Shown piece by piece: positions 10,205 to 20,199 of a stretch of 64,000 nucleotides of DNA (position 1 is its first letter; each line of letters opens with the position of its first letter). The position numbers and the translations under genes are program-made. The stretch is from Alphaproteobacteria bacterium (GTDB taxonomy: Bacteria > Pseudomonadota > Alphaproteobacteria > GCA-2746255): positions 1,696,001 to 1,760,000 of the forward strand of contig OZ252220.1 of the NCBI GenBank assembly GCA_965249135.1, in the 5' to 3' direction. A model generated the notes under the pieces. The model searched no databases. It was not told where the DNA came from and was given only the letters and a program-made list of their open reading frames with translations.

Positions 10205-10669
10205 ATGTTTCCATCCTTCCTCGCTTCAACCATTCTTGTTCTGCTCACGGTGGGGGTACATTACGAGGTTCTGCGTCTAACCTCGGCTGCGCTTCCAAGA
10301 CTTGCGATCCCACCGCGAACGCGGATGCTCTTCGTGATCATTGCCGCCTTCTTCGCGCACACGGTCGAGGTTTGGCTCTATGCGATCGCCTACTACCTCT
10401 TCGTCGATTATTTCGGTCTCGGGCATTTTGAAGGCCAGCCGGTTACGAACTTCATGGAGTATCTCTATTTCTCGACCGGCACCTATACGTCGCTGGGCAT
10501 AGGCGATATCTACCCGATGGGTGATCTTCGGCTGGTTGCCGCCGTCGAGTCGCTGAATGGTTTGCTATTAATTGGCTGGTCGGCCTCGTTCACCTATCTT
10601 TCGATGCGGGAATTCTGGCCGATGCATGAGGAACACAGGCATAAACGGCAAAACGACGACTCCAACTAA
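10205..10669 (+). CDS. Potassium-channel-family (Ion_trans_2) small membrane protein
   Basis: TM helices flanking pore loop YFSTGTYTSLGIGDIYP, followed by ESLNGLLLIGWS. Confidence 0.85.
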   Translation: MFPSFLASTILVLLTVGVHYEVLRLTSAALPRLAIPPRTRMLFVIIAAFFAHTVEVWLYAIAYYLFVDYFGLGHFEGQPVTNFMEYLYFSTGTYTSLGIGDIYPMGDLRLVAAVESLNGLLLIGWSASFTYLSMREFWPMHEEHRHKRQNDDSN

Positions 10670-10775
10670 ACGCACGATTTCGAAAAACGGGTTGGTTTAA
10701 AAAACCATCGCAAGGTTACAATGCGTAGCTCGCAAGGCAGACCGTTAAAAGAAGCCGAGCGGAGGAAGACCTAGA

Positions 10776-11600
10776 ATGCCGCAAATGAAAAAGGCGATCA
10801 CCGTTCCCGAACTCCGTGCACGGAAGGGAAAAACCCCGATCGTCTGCCTCACCGCCTACACGACGCCGATGGCGAAGTGGCTGGACGCCCACGTCGATTT
10901 GCTGCTGGTTGGCGATTCGGTCGGCATGGTCCTTTACGGAATGGAGAGCACACTCGGGGTCACCGTTGAAATGATGTTCGCGCACACGCAAGCCGTCATG
11001 CGCGGCGTAGAGCACGCCTGCGTAATCACCGACCTTCCCTTCGGCAGTTATCAGGAATCGCCGGAAGCCGCCTACCGGACGTCGGCCCGTGTGCTACGGG
11101 AAACGGGCGCGGCCGGCGTCAAGCTTGAGGGCGGTGAAGAGATGGCGGAAACCGTTTCCTTTTTGACCGCGCGCGGCATTCCCGTGCTGGGCCATGTCGG
11201 CATGATGCCGCAGTCCGTCAACGCCTATGGGGGCTTTGCGGCACGCGGGAAGACGAAGGCCGAAGCGAAGAAGATTCTCGCCGACGGAAATGCCATCGCG
11301 AAGGCCGGCGCCTTCGCCGTCGTCGTCGAGGGAACCCTGGAGCCGGTTGCCCGTGAGCTTACCGCACGGCTTTCCGTGCCGACCATCGGCATCGGAGCCT
11401 CCGCGGCTTGCGACGGGCAAATCCTGGTGTCAGAGGATCTCCTTGGTTTGTTTAGTGATTTCGTTCCGAAATTCGTGAAACGCTACGCAGACCTAGGTGC
11501 CGAGGTCGAGAAGGCGACGGCAAAATACGCCACCGATGTAAGGAAGCGACGTTTTCCAGGACCGGAGCATTGCTTCGGCGCGAAGAAGCAGAAACGCTAG
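10776..11600 (+). CDS. panB: 3-methyl-2-oxobutanoate hydroxymethyltransferase
   Basis: [44 protein letters not shown]. Confidence 0.97.
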   Translation: MPQMKKAITVPELRARKGKTPIVCLTAYTTPMAKWLDAHVDLLLVGDSVGMVLYGMESTLGVTVEMMFAHTQAVMRGVEHACVITDLPFGSYQESPEAAYRTSARVLRETGAAGVKLEGGEEMAETVSFLTARGIPVLGHVGMMPQSVNAYGGFAARGKTKAEAKKILADGNAIAKAGAFAVVVEGTLEPVARELTARLSVPTIGIGASAACDGQILVSEDLLGLFSDFVPKFVKRYADLGAEVEKATAKYATDVRKRRFPGPEHCFGAKKQKR

Positions 11601-11606
11601 CACGGC

Positions 11607-12491
11607 ATGAGCCTGCAGATGAAAACGAAGGCAGAAGAGACGATCGGTATTCCAATCGTTCGCTCGATCGCGGACCTTCGAAGCGCGATCGCACTTTGGC
11701 GGGCGGCCGGCAAAACCGTCGGCCTCGTGCCGACGATGGGGGCGTTGCATGAAGGACATCTCGCGCTCGTTTACGCGTCTTGTGCAAAGATGGATTGCAC
11801 GGTAGCGACGATCCTTGTGAACCCCCTTCAATTTTGCCCTGACGAGGATCTCGAGTCCTATCCGCGAGACGAGGCAGAAGATGTGGGTAAGCTTGCGGAA
11901 GCCAGTGCCGACCTTCTTTACGCACCTCCCATCGAGGAGATCTATCCGGAAGACTTTTCGACGAAGGTTCAGGTGGCGGGTCTTACGGACGTGCTGTGCG
12001 GCGCCTTTCGGTCCGCACATTTTTCAGGCGTGGCGACCGTCGTGACAAAACTTTTCCTACAGGCCTTACCGGATGCCGCGTTCTTTGGCGAGAAGGATTA
12101 CCAGCAGGTGCTGGTCGTTCGCCGCTTGGTGCGCGATCTCGACATTCCGGTTCGCATCGAAACGGTCCCAACCGTCCGGGAAACGGACGGTCTCGCGCTT
12201 TCGTCACGCAATGCCTATCTAACGGCAGAAGAACGCGCAATCGCACCAAAGCTTTTCGAAACGCTTGGCGAGATGGCGGTGGCGATCCGGGAGGGGCATT
12301 CGATTGCAAAAACGGTTGCTTCGGGCGAGGCGGCGTTACGTCGCGCCGGGTTTGGCTCGATCGATTACCTTGAAGTGCGGGATCCGGAAACGCTGGCGCT
12401 CGTCGATGCGCCGAATAGGCCGGCACGCATTTTTGCCGCCGTCCATTTGGGCAAGGCCCGTCTGATCGACAACCTTGCCGTCACCGACTAG
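11607..12491 (+). CDS. panC: Pantoate--beta-alanine ligase
   Basis: VPTMGALHEGH, FGEKDYQQ, DGLALSSRN, RLIDN. Confidence 0.97.
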   Translation: MSLQMKTKAEETIGIPIVRSIADLRSAIALWRAAGKTVGLVPTMGALHEGHLALVYASCAKMDCTVATILVNPLQFCPDEDLESYPRDEAEDVGKLAEASADLLYAPPIEEIYPEDFSTKVQVAGLTDVLCGAFRSAHFSGVATVVTKLFLQALPDAAFFGEKDYQQVLVVRRLVRDLDIPVRIETVPTVRETDGLALSSRNAYLTAEERAIAPKLFETLGEMAVAIREGHSIAKTVASGEAALRRAGFGSIDYLEVRDPETLALVDAPNRPARIFAAVHLGKARLIDNLAVTD

Positions 12492-12497
12492 GTGCGG

Positions 12498-12956
12498 TCA
12501 GCCGTTCGTGGCCGGTCGATTCCAAGGAAATTCGATCCAGACGTCCTGAGGGACTTCCGCCGCGTAATGGTCGACGAGGGGCTCGCCGTCCGGCTTGACG
12601 TATACGGCGACGAGGCAGGACTTTGGCAACATGTTTCGGATGATCTCGGCGGTCACGCCTGTGTCGACGATGTCGTCAACGACGAGCCAACCCTCGCCTG
12701 AGCCCTCGCAGGCCTTGAGCACGCGGGGTGGTGTCTGATCCCGTCCGTCGTAGCTGGCGATCCCGATCGTCTCGACGCGACGGATTCCAAGCTCAATCGC
12801 AAGGATTTGCGCCGGCATCATGCCGCCGCGGGTGATGGCGGCGATCGTATGCCAGGGGCCCTCGGCGACAAGTTTCCTGGCCAGGGCGATCGTCGCTCGA
12901 TGGATGTCCTGCCAGGTGACAGGCCGCGTCTCCCGGAAAGCGCTAGGCTTGTTCAT
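12498..12956 (-). CDS. gpt: Xanthine-guanine phosphoribosyltransferase
   Basis: ITRGG, VVDDIVDTGVT PRPP motif, WIEFPW. Confidence 0.92.
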   Translation of the reverse strand: MNKPSAFRETRPVTWQDIHRATIALARKLVAEGPWHTIAAITRGGMMPAQILAIELGIRRVETIGIASYDGRDQTPPRVLKACEGSGEGWLVVDDIVDTGVTAEIIRNMLPKSCLVAVYVKPDGEPLVDHYAAEVPQDVWIEFPWNRPATNG

Positions 12957-13022
12957 CGGCCCTCGGCTTACACCGGTGTTTCGGTCACCGCAAGGGAAGC
13001 GATCTGGGGTCGCCTGAATGCG

Positions 13023-13053
13023 AAAACCGGCAGGTCTTGCTTGACCTGCCGGT
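13023..13053 (-). terminator. Intrinsic terminator of the 13095..14348 gene
   Basis: 11-bp stem ACCGGCAGGTC/GACCTGCCGGT with a short U-run on the minus strand. Confidence 0.7.
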
Positions 13054-13094
13054 GATTTCGTTTTTGTCCTTAGTGGAGTGCGATCGTGTCCGAA

Positions 13095-14348
13095 TCAACG
13101 CACGTAGATGTGTACCTCGTTCGATGCGGCCGTCGCACTTTGCGATGCCTTCAGATTGATGCGGTCCGCCGGAAGCCCCATGTCCCTGAGTGAACGAAGC
13201 ACGCCTTCCGTATTCTTCTTCGAGGCGTTCGTGTTCCGCGCCGCATCGGCCGTGTTTCCCTGTGTCGAGGCAATGGCGACGAGATCGAAGATCGCATTTG
13301 GCCGCCGGTCGAGCGCTTCGCGCACGGCCGTATAGAGCGCCTGCGCGTAATCGACGTTCGGACGGTCGAAGCGGATGATGACGAGCGGCCGACGTCCCGC
13401 CGCTGGAGCCGGCGAGGCGAGCGCCGCCGTTTGACCGGCACCGGCAAGCTGCGAAGCGATCGATGGTGAAGCGAAGGCGCGGTTCGTAAGGCTTGGCCCA
13501 TACAGCTCGCCATTCTTGATGGCGACGGAAAGGATCGTGAGGTTGCGGCGCTCGGTGGCCAGGTAGCTGCTCTGCCGGCTGATATCCTCGCTGAGTTCGT
13601 TCAAGAGCCGATCGACCATGACGACGGTGCGGTTCACTTCGTCCTCAAGGATGGCGAGTTGCCGGTGGTCCTCATCGATGCCGCCGGAAAGGCTGTAGGC
13701 CGCCCGGGTGGATTCAAGAATATAGGCAGCCATGGCCGAATCGCCGGCCACTTGGCTGGCCAGGGCGTTCATGTTGCCAACGTCGTTGCTGACGTTATTG
13801 AGTTGCAGTTGCGCCGTCTGCCACTGGTTGACCAGGATCGGGTTGCCCGGCGTCGTGCCGACCTGGAGACGGGCCTGAATGGCGGCGATGACGCCGTGAT
13901 ATTGCTGAGCGTTGCTAACCGTCGTGCTGCGAAGCTGCTGCAAGCCACCATTACGCTGGGCGAGGTTGGTGCGAAGTCCCGAAAGTTCGCTGCGGACCTG
14001 GTGTACCTTCTGGCCCACATAGGTGCCGGTAGCCCCTCCGGGGGTGACTGCGGTCTGCTCGAAGCTGCTGGTGCCAAGGATAGGCGGTGCGCCGCGTGTC
14101 GGGACACCGGGAACCGGCGCCACTCCATAGGGCACGTTCGTTGCGGTGGTGGCAGCCGTCTGCTCCGCCTGGGACGGATCGATTACGATCCGTTCCGTCG
14201 AAGGTTCTGCCGATCTTCCCACCAAGGTTCCGCCTTCGGCGGGCTCCTCACCGGTCAGTGATGGCCAAAGTTCTTCCCCAAAGGACGAACAACCCCCAAG
14301 AAGAATTACCGCCGCAATTGCGGCGACAGGTCGCTTCGAAAAGGCCAT
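13095..14348 (-). CDS. Hypothetical lipoprotein with coiled-coil core and OmpA-like C-terminus
   Basis: Lipobox LLGGC; Q/N/L-rich heptad helices; C-terminal VIIRFD...VLRSLRDMGLPADRI...EVHIYVR. Confidence 0.8.
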   Translation of the reverse strand: MAFSKRPVAAIAAVILLGGCSSFGEELWPSLTGEEPAEGGTLVGRSAEPSTERIVIDPSQAEQTAATTATNVPYGVAPVPGVPTRGAPPILGTSSFEQTAVTPGGATGTYVGQKVHQVRSELSGLRTNLAQRNGGLQQLRSTTVSNAQQYHGVIAAIQARLQVGTTPGNPILVNQWQTAQLQLNNVSNDVGNMNALASQVAGDSAMAAYILESTRAAYSLSGGIDEDHRQLAILEDEVNRTVVMVDRLLNELSEDISRQSSYLATERRNLTILSVAIKNGELYGPSLTNRAFASPSIASQLAGAGQTAALASPAPAAGRRPLVIIRFDRPNVDYAQALYTAVREALDRRPNAIFDLVAIASTQGNTADAARNTNASKKNTEGVLRSLRDMGLPADRINLKASQSATAASNEVHIYVR

Positions 14349-14576
14349 GGAAATGTTTCTCTAATACCGCCCGCTCGAAATTACTGCCAAGGACTGTCAA
14401 CCAGGGCATTTTGGATAACGGAGCATTATTATGGAAGGGGCCTCATCTGCCAACCCTTTAATTTTCCTACGGATAACGCCGATATCCGTATGCAACGCAG
14501 AGGGTTTGGCCACCTGCCTCGCCTTGCCATTCCATGAAGCTTTAGAGTAGGTTCCGTTTCCCTGTTCCCGTTTTAG

Positions 14577-14653
14577 GCGCCCGTAGCTCAGCTGGATAGA
14601 GCACCAGACTACGAATCTGGGGGTCGGGAGTTCGAATCTCTCCGGGCGCGCCA
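14577..14653 (+). tRNA. tRNA-Arg(ACG)
   Basis: GCGCCCGTAGCTCAGCTGGATAGAGC..CCAGACT-ACG-AATCTGG..GTTCGAATC..GGGCGCGCCA. Confidence 0.97.
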
Positions 14654-14729
14654 GATTTTTTAGGTCAGCATTGGTTCAAATATCGGTTTGATGGCAGCGT
14701 TGACGTTGGCATTCTCGCACCGGCACGCG

Positions 14730-14758
14730 CTTGATTCGCAGGGCGTTCGTGCCAATAT
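14730..14758 (+). promoter_or_regulatory. Candidate RpoH (sigma32) promoter of the Bax inhibitor-1 gene
   Basis: CTTGAT-N16-CCAATAT resembles alphaproteobacterial CTTGAA-N15/16-CCTATAT. Confidence 0.5.
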
Positions 14759-14798
14759 AGGGCCTGCGAAGGGGTTTTAAGAGGCAGAGGACGAAGGA

Positions 14799-15509
14799 AT
14801 GGCTTGGCAGGAAGATCAACGCTTGCGTACCGGGGTTGCCGCGGAGGCGATCGACGAGGGGCTCCGGCGTCACATGATTCGCGTATACAATTTCATGACG
14901 GGTGGGCTGGCGCTTACCGGTCTCATCGCTTACGTCATCGCCCATACGCCGGCATTCTTCAACGCGATCTTCGGAACGCCCCTCATGTGGGTCGTCATGT
15001 TGGCGCCCTTGGGCTTCGTCTTTGCACTCAGCTTCGGCATCCAGCGTTTTCAGTACAGCACCGCCCAAATTCTTTTCTGGTCGTTTGCCGCCATCATGGG
15101 GATGTCGATTGCCTCAATCTTCGTCCTCTATACCGGCGAGAGCATCGCACGCGTCTTCTTCATCTCGGCCGGCACCTTTGCCGCCATGAGCCTCTATGGC
15201 TACACGACGAAGCGGGATCTGACCCGCCTTGGTTCGTTTCTTTTCATGGGACTCATCGGGATCATCCTCGCATCGCTCGTCAATATGTTCGTTCAAAGCA
15301 CGATGCTGCACTTCGTGGTCTCGGTGATCGGGGTCCTCATCTTCGTAGGCCTTACCGCCCATGATACGCAGCGGATCAAATGGATGTACAACGAGGCGGA
15401 TGCCGGCGAGGTGGCCGGCAAGAAGGCGCTAATGGGGGCGCTTAGCCTCTATCTCGATTTCATCAATCTCTTCCTCTTACTTCTCCGGCTGTTCGGCGAA
15501 CGCCGCTAG
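14799..15509 (+). CDS. Bax inhibitor-1/YccA family membrane protein
   Basis: About 7 TM helices, YGYTTKRDL, AHDTQRIK, GALSLYLDFINLF. Confidence 0.94.
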   Translation: MAWQEDQRLRTGVAAEAIDEGLRRHMIRVYNFMTGGLALTGLIAYVIAHTPAFFNAIFGTPLMWVVMLAPLGFVFALSFGIQRFQYSTAQILFWSFAAIMGMSIASIFVLYTGESIARVFFISAGTFAAMSLYGYTTKRDLTRLGSFLFMGLIGIILASLVNMFVQSTMLHFVVSVIGVLIFVGLTAHDTQRIKWMYNEADAGEVAGKKALMGALSLYLDFINLFLLLLRLFGERR

Positions 15510-15636
15510 GGAAACCGCATCGGATTTTGCGTCCCGGGGCTCGCTCGAATTCCGGCCTCGTCATAGCCGTCGCCGAGGGAAATGTGCTATCCCGAAAGTG
15601 TGCGTTCCTTAAGCTTCACTTGAGCAAAACCAGCGG

Positions 15637-16344
15637 ATGCGTGCCAAGCGAAAGGCAGTCGTCTTATTGAGCGGCGGTGTCGATTCGGCAACGGCGCTGG
15701 CGATGGCGATTGAGGAAGGTTTCGCGGCCTATGCGCTTTCCTTCCGCTACGGCCAGCGCCATGCGCTTGAGATCGAAGCGGCGCGCGAGGTGGCCGCGCA
15801 TCTAGGCGCGAGCCAACATGCCATCCAGGAGATTGATCTTCGGCTGTTCGGTGGCTCGGCCTTGACCTACGACATCGCCGTGCCGAAGGATCGCGACATG
15901 AAAGAGATGGCAGCGGAAATTCCGGTGACCTATGTACCGGCGAGGAACACGATCTTCCTTGCCTTCGCGCTCGCCTGGGCGGAGGTCTTGGAGGCGGACG
16001 CCATCTTCATCGGCGTCAATGTGCTCGATTACAGTGGCTATCCGGATTGCCGGCCGGAATACATCGCCGCCTTCGAACGCCTGGCGGTCCTTGCGACGAA
16101 GGCGGGCGTCGAGGGCAAGCCGGTTTCGATCCATACCCCCTTGATCGATCTCACGAAGGCGGAAATCCTGAAGATCGGGGCCGGGCTCGGCGTCGATTAC
16201 GGGCTTACGTTGAGCTGCTATGACCCGACCCCGGATGGCCGGGCCTGCGGGCGGTGCGATTCCTGTCGGCTGCGCCGGAAGGGGTTCGAGGGTGCCGGGC
16301 TTTCGGACCCGACGGTCTATGCCAATCTGGTCGAGGTGGAATGA
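15637..16344 (+). CDS. queC: 7-cyano-7-deazaguanine synthase
   Basis: [38 protein letters not shown]. Confidence 0.97.
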   Translation: MRAKRKAVVLLSGGVDSATALAMAIEEGFAAYALSFRYGQRHALEIEAAREVAAHLGASQHAIQEIDLRLFGGSALTYDIAVPKDRDMKEMAAEIPVTYVPARNTIFLAFALAWAEVLEADAIFIGVNVLDYSGYPDCRPEYIAAFERLAVLATKAGVEGKPVSIHTPLIDLTKAEILKIGAGLGVDYGLTLSCYDPTPDGRACGRCDSCRLRRKGFEGAGLSDPTVYANLVEVE

Positions 16345-16982
16345 GCTACGCGGTGAAGGAGATTTACGCGACCCTTCAGGGGGAAGGCGCGAATGTGGGG
16401 CGAGCCGCCGTCTTCCTGCGTTTTGCCGGCTGCAATCTGTGGTCGGGCCTGGAGGCGGATCGCGCCGATGCCGTCTGCAATTTTTGCGACACGGATTTCG
16501 TCGGCACGGATGGGGCGGGCGGCGGCCGGTTCGAGGAAGCGGCCGGGCTTGCAAACAGGGCGCGCGCGATCTGGGACGTGGCCCATGGGTCCCGATCGAT
16601 GCCCTTCGTCGTGGCGACGGGCGGTGAGCCACTCCTGCAACTCGACGCGGCGTTGGTGGCGGCGCTGCACGACGAGGGCTTCGAAATTGCGGTCGAGACG
16701 AACGGAACGGTTGCACCGCCTGAAAATATCGACTGGCTTTGCGTGTCCCCGAAGGCAGGCGCGGGTTTGATGGTGGAGAGCGGCGAGGAGTTAAAGCTCG
16801 TCTATCCGCAGGCGGCGGCTGTGCCGGAAGTCTTCGAACACCTTGATTTTAAATATTTTTTTCTGCAGCCCCTGGACGGCCAGGCGCGCGAGCGGCATCT
16901 GGCGGCGGCGCGCGATTATTGCCTTCGTCATCCGAAATGGCGCTTAAGCTTGCAGGCGCACAAACTGATCGGCATGCCGTAA
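16341..16982 (+). CDS. queE: 7-carboxy-7-deazaguanine synthase (radical SAM, CX14CX2C type)
   Basis: [40 protein letters not shown]; ATG 16341 overlaps queC stop (ATGA). Confidence 0.95.
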   Translation: MSYAVKEIYATLQGEGANVGRAAVFLRFAGCNLWSGLEADRADAVCNFCDTDFVGTDGAGGGRFEEAAGLANRARAIWDVAHGSRSMPFVVATGGEPLLQLDAALVAALHDEGFEIAVETNGTVAPPENIDWLCVSPKAGAGLMVESGEELKLVYPQAAAVPEVFEHLDFKYFFLQPLDGQARERHLAAARDYCLRHPKWRLSLQAHKLIGMP

Positions 16983-16991
16983 AGGGGGGAC

Positions 16992-17354
16992 ATGGAAATC
17001 TATAAGACCTTCACCTTCGAGGCGGCCCACCACCTTCCGAACGTGCCTGAGGGCCATAAATGCGAACGCCTGCACGGGCACTCCTTTCGCGTCGAGTTGC
17101 GTGTCGCTGGGGAGGTTGATGAGACGAGCGGCTGGGTGATGGATTTTGCCGACGTCGAGAAGGCGTTCGAGTCGATCCTGGCTGTCCTCGACCACCACTA
17201 CCTGAACGAGATCGAGGGCCTTGGGAATCCGACCAGCGAGGTGCTGGCCCGCTGGATCTGGGAGCGGCTGAAACCGCGGCTTCCGGGGCTTTCCCAGGTG
17301 ACCTTACGGGAGACCTGCACGGCTGGTGCCGTCTATCGGGGGGAAGGGCATTAA
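16992..17354 (+). CDS. queD: 6-carboxy-5,6,7,8-tetrahydropterin synthase
   Basis: [29 protein letters not shown]. Confidence 0.96.
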   Translation: MEIYKTFTFEAAHHLPNVPEGHKCERLHGHSFRVELRVAGEVDETSGWVMDFADVEKAFESILAVLDHHYLNEIEGLGNPTSEVLARWIWERLKPRLPGLSQVTLRETCTAGAVYRGEGH

Positions 17355-17360
17355 GGCGGC

Positions 17361-17825
17361 CTAGCCGCGCCCACGATAAGGCGCAACGCCTGGATCCGGC
17401 ACCCACAGGCCTTCCGGCGGGGAGGCGGACTGGTAGAAGACGTCGATCGGAATGCCGCCGCGCGGAAACCAATAGCCGGCCATACGAAGCCAGCGGGGCT
17501 TGAGGGCGGCCTCCAGCTTGCTCGCGATTTTCATCGTGCAGTCTTCATGGAAGCTTGCCGTGTTTCGAAACGAAGCCAGGTAAAGCTTCAAGGACTTGCT
17601 TTCGACGAGCCGTTTGGCCGGCACGTAGTCGATCACGAAATGGGCGAAGTCCGGCTGACCGGTGATTGGGCAAAGCGCGGTGAATTCCGGACAGGTGAAG
17701 CGGATGAGATAGTCGGTGCCGACATTCGGATTCGGAAAACTCTCCAGCGCCGCCTGCTCGGGCGAATCCGGAATCGCCGCTTTTCCTCCCGGTTGGGTGA
17801 GGATTTCGTCTTCGGACTTAGCCAT
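17361..17825 (-). CDS. queF: preQ0 reductase (unimodular, type I)
   Basis: [33 protein letters not shown]. Confidence 0.96.
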   Translation of the reverse strand: MAKSEDEILTQPGGKAAIPDSPEQAALESFPNPNVGTDYLIRFTCPEFTALCPITGQPDFAHFVIDYVPAKRLVESKSLKLYLASFRNTASFHEDCTMKIASKLEAALKPRWLRMAGYWFPRGGIPIDVFYQSASPPEGLWVPDPGVAPYRGRG

Positions 17826-17858
17826 CGCGTTTAGGCCTTTCGATTCGCTAGAAAAAAT

Positions 17859-17874
17859 TTAACCCTTTCGTAAC
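17859..17874. promoter_or_regulatory. Candidate CtrA box (1 mismatch)
   Basis: TTAA-CCCTTTC-GTAAC vs TTAA-N7-TTAAC. Confidence 0.45.
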
Positions 17875-17967
17875 CATGCGCCAAGCTACTGGTTTTGCTT
17901 TCGTTTCCTAACCGTTCCACGCGCCTCTACGGGCCCTTGAGGATGGTGCTTTATCCCCTTGATTTTC

Positions 17968-17983
17968 TTAATAGAATCTTAAC
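17968..17983. promoter_or_regulatory. Candidate CtrA box (perfect) containing a GANTC site
   Basis: TTAA-TAGAATC-TTAAC; GAATC at 17974-17978. Confidence 0.6.
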
Positions 17984-18022
17984 CATGGCAATATAGGAAC
18001 TAAGTCCTATAATTACCATGGT
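17982..18022 (-). repeat. Long inverted repeat (about 17-bp stem) just downstream of tgt
   Basis: Minus strand ACCAUGGUAA(U)UAUAGGA-CUUAGU-UCCUAUAUUGCCAUGGU; no clear U-tract. Confidence 0.7.
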
Positions 18023-18034
18023 ATGCAAGTGCGC

Positions 18035-19153
18035 TCAGCTTTCCTCGGGCTCGTCGTTGTGCGCGCCCGCGCGGAAGGCCGTGGCGAAGGCAGCCAGCGT
18101 GTTCCCTCGAATCGCATCGCGAAGATCTGTAATAAGATCTTGATAATAATGAAGATTATGGGTGGTGAGCAGGATGGCGCTCAGGATCTCGCCCGACTTC
18201 GTTAGGTGATGGAGGTAGGCGCGCGAATAGCCGGTACAGGCTGGGCACCGGCAGGCCTTATCGAGCGGGGCCGGGTCGTCGGCGTGGCGGGCGTTTCTTA
18301 AGTTCAGCCTGCCTTCTCGGGTGAAGGCCTGGCCGGTGCGCCCCGAGCGGGTCGGCAGCACGCAGTCGAAAAGGTCGATCCCGCCTAACACCGCATCGAC
18401 CAGGTCTTCCGGCATTCCGACGCCCATCAGGTAGCGAGGCTTTTCTTTGGGTAGGTGAGGTACCGTCGCGTGCAGCATCAGGGTAGTTTTCTCGCGCGCT
18501 TCGCCTACGGATAGCCCGCCGATCGCATAGCCATCGAAACCGATCTCGCCCAGACGTTCGGCCGATTCGATTCGAAGATCGGGAAAAATGCTACCCTGAA
18601 CGATCCCGAAAATGCCGTAACCGTCTCGTTCCTTGAACGCCGTTTTCGATCGTTCCGCCCAGCGCATCGAAAGCTGCATCGATTTCGCGGCGTCCTCTTT
18701 CGTCGCCGGCCACGCCGTGCATTCATCGAGTGCCATCGTGATGTCGGCATCCAGGAGGTGCTGAATCTCGATCGCACGTTCCGGCGTGAGTTCGTGGCGT
18801 GAGCCATCGAGGTGGGACCGGAAGACGACCCCTTCCTCGTGGATATCCCGGAGCTTGGCCAGGGACCACACCTGGAATCCCCCGGAATCCGTGAGGATTG
18901 GGCCGTTCCAGTTCATGAAACGGTGGAGCCCGCCAAGGCCTGCGATTCGCTCCGCGCCGGGCCGGAGCATCAGATGGTAGGTGTTGGCGAGAAGGATTTC
19001 TGCTCCTGTCGCCCGCACCATCTCCGGCGTCATCGCCTTCACGGTGGCCGCCGTGCCGACCGGCATGAAGGCCGGTGTATGGACGACGCCGTGGGCAGTT
19101 TTAAGAAGACCGAGCCTTCCTTCTTCCGATGCGGCTTCGACTTCGAATCTCAT
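18035..19153 (-). CDS. tgt: tRNA-guanine transglycosylase
   Basis: [48 protein letters not shown] zinc site; ATG 19153 overlaps queA stop. Confidence 0.98.
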   Translation of the reverse strand: MRFEVEAASEEGRLGLLKTAHGVVHTPAFMPVGTAATVKAMTPEMVRATGAEILLANTYHLMLRPGAERIAGLGGLHRFMNWNGPILTDSGGFQVWSLAKLRDIHEEGVVFRSHLDGSRHELTPERAIEIQHLLDADITMALDECTAWPATKEDAAKSMQLSMRWAERSKTAFKERDGYGIFGIVQGSIFPDLRIESAERLGEIGFDGYAIGGLSVGEAREKTTLMLHATVPHLPKEKPRYLMGVGMPEDLVDAVLGGIDLFDCVLPTRSGRTGQAFTREGRLNLRNARHADDPAPLDKACRCPACTGYSRAYLHHLTKSGEILSAILLTTHNLHYYQDLITDLRDAIRGNTLAAFATAFRAGAHNDEPEES

Positions 19154-20199
19154 CGCTTCGCCTGCGGCGTCAGCAAACAACAATCCCCATACGAAAAGAA
19201 GCGATACCCCTCATCGATCGCATGGGCATACGCTTCGAACATGTGCGTCCTTCCGGCGAAGGCACAAACCAGCACGAAAAGGGTCGACCGCGGAAGATGA
19301 AAATTCGTGAGCAAGAGGTCGGCCGCCCGAAAGACATGGCCGGGCGTGATGAAAAGCGAAGTCTCGCCCTCGAAGGGATGGACCTGACCATCCACATCCG
19401 CCGCCGTCTCAAGCAGGCGAAGGGCGGTGGTGCCGACCGGAACGATGCGCCCGCCCTTCGCGCGGGCCTCGTTGATGGCCCTGGCGGTGGCTTTGGGGAT
19501 CGATCCCCATTCACTGTGCAGGCGGTGTTCGGCTAGGTTCTCGGTCGCTACGGGGAGGAAGGTGCCGGCTCCGACGTGAAGGGTGAGCATCGTCCGGCCG
19601 ATGCCATGGGCCTCGAGGTCGGCAAGCAGCCGTTCCGTGTAATGAAGCCCGGCCGTCGGCGCGGCCACCGCACCCGGCCTTGCCGCGAAGATCGTCTGAT
19701 AATCCTCGCGGTCCTTCGCGTCGGGCCCTTGGGCGCGGCGAATATAGGGGGGAAGCGGCATGCGCCCAATGCGCTCAAGGGTCGCGATCAACGCATCACC
19801 GCCTTCGCTCAACCGAAGCAAGACCTCGCCACCTTGCCGTTTCTCCAGGACCTTTGCCCCGAGGCCATCCGGGAAGCGCAAGGCGTTGCCTGTTTCCAGT
19901 TTCCTTGCCGGCTTTGCAAAGGCAAGCCAGCGATCCGGCGAAAGGGCCTTGTGCAGCGTGACCTCGATTTTTGCCTTGTCCCGATGGCCGAAAAGACGCG
20001 TCGGCAGCACGTGGGTGTCGTTGAAGACGAGAAGGTCACCGGATTTAAGAAGCCCAGGCAGATCCTGCATCGTCCGGTCAAGGAGTGGATCGCCGATCAC
20101 GAGGAGCCGCGCCGCGTCGCGGGGCGCGACGGGACGCGCCGCGATCCGCTCCTTTGGCAGATCGAAATCGTAGTTCTCAAGCTTGTCCGAGGCCTTCAA
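19150..20199 (-). CDS. queA: SAM:tRNA ribosyltransferase-isomerase
   Basis: [52 protein letters not shown]; probable TTG start overlapping queG stop. Confidence 0.97.
   Translation of the reverse strand: MKASDKLENYDFDLPKERIAARPVAPRDAARLLVIGDPLLDRTMQDLPGLLKSGDLLVFNDTHVLPTRLFGHRDKAKIEVTLHKALSPDRWLAFAKPARKLETGNALRFPDGLGAKVLEKRQGGEVLLRLSEGGDALIATLERIGRMPLPPYIRRAQGPDAKDREDYQTIFAARPGAVAAPTAGLHYTERLLADLEAHGIGRTMLTLHVGAGTFLPVATENLAEHRLHSEWGSIPKATARAINEARAKGGRIVPVGTTALRLLETAADVDGQVHPFEGETSLFITPGHVFRAADLLLTNFHLPRSTLFVLVCAFAGRTHMFEAYAHAIDEGYRFFSYGDCCLLTPQAKR

Noticed and set aside
15510-15636. preQ1 riboswitch upstream of queC (also looked for upstream of queF)
   Set aside because: No preQ1-like stem-loop with an A-rich tail was recognisable.
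15637-19153. que genes plus a tgt as a 7-deazaguanine DNA-modification (dpd) defence island
   Set aside because: Tgt has canonical tRNA-TGT motifs and sits with queA/queG/queF; no dpdA-K-like, helicase or nuclease genes are nearby.
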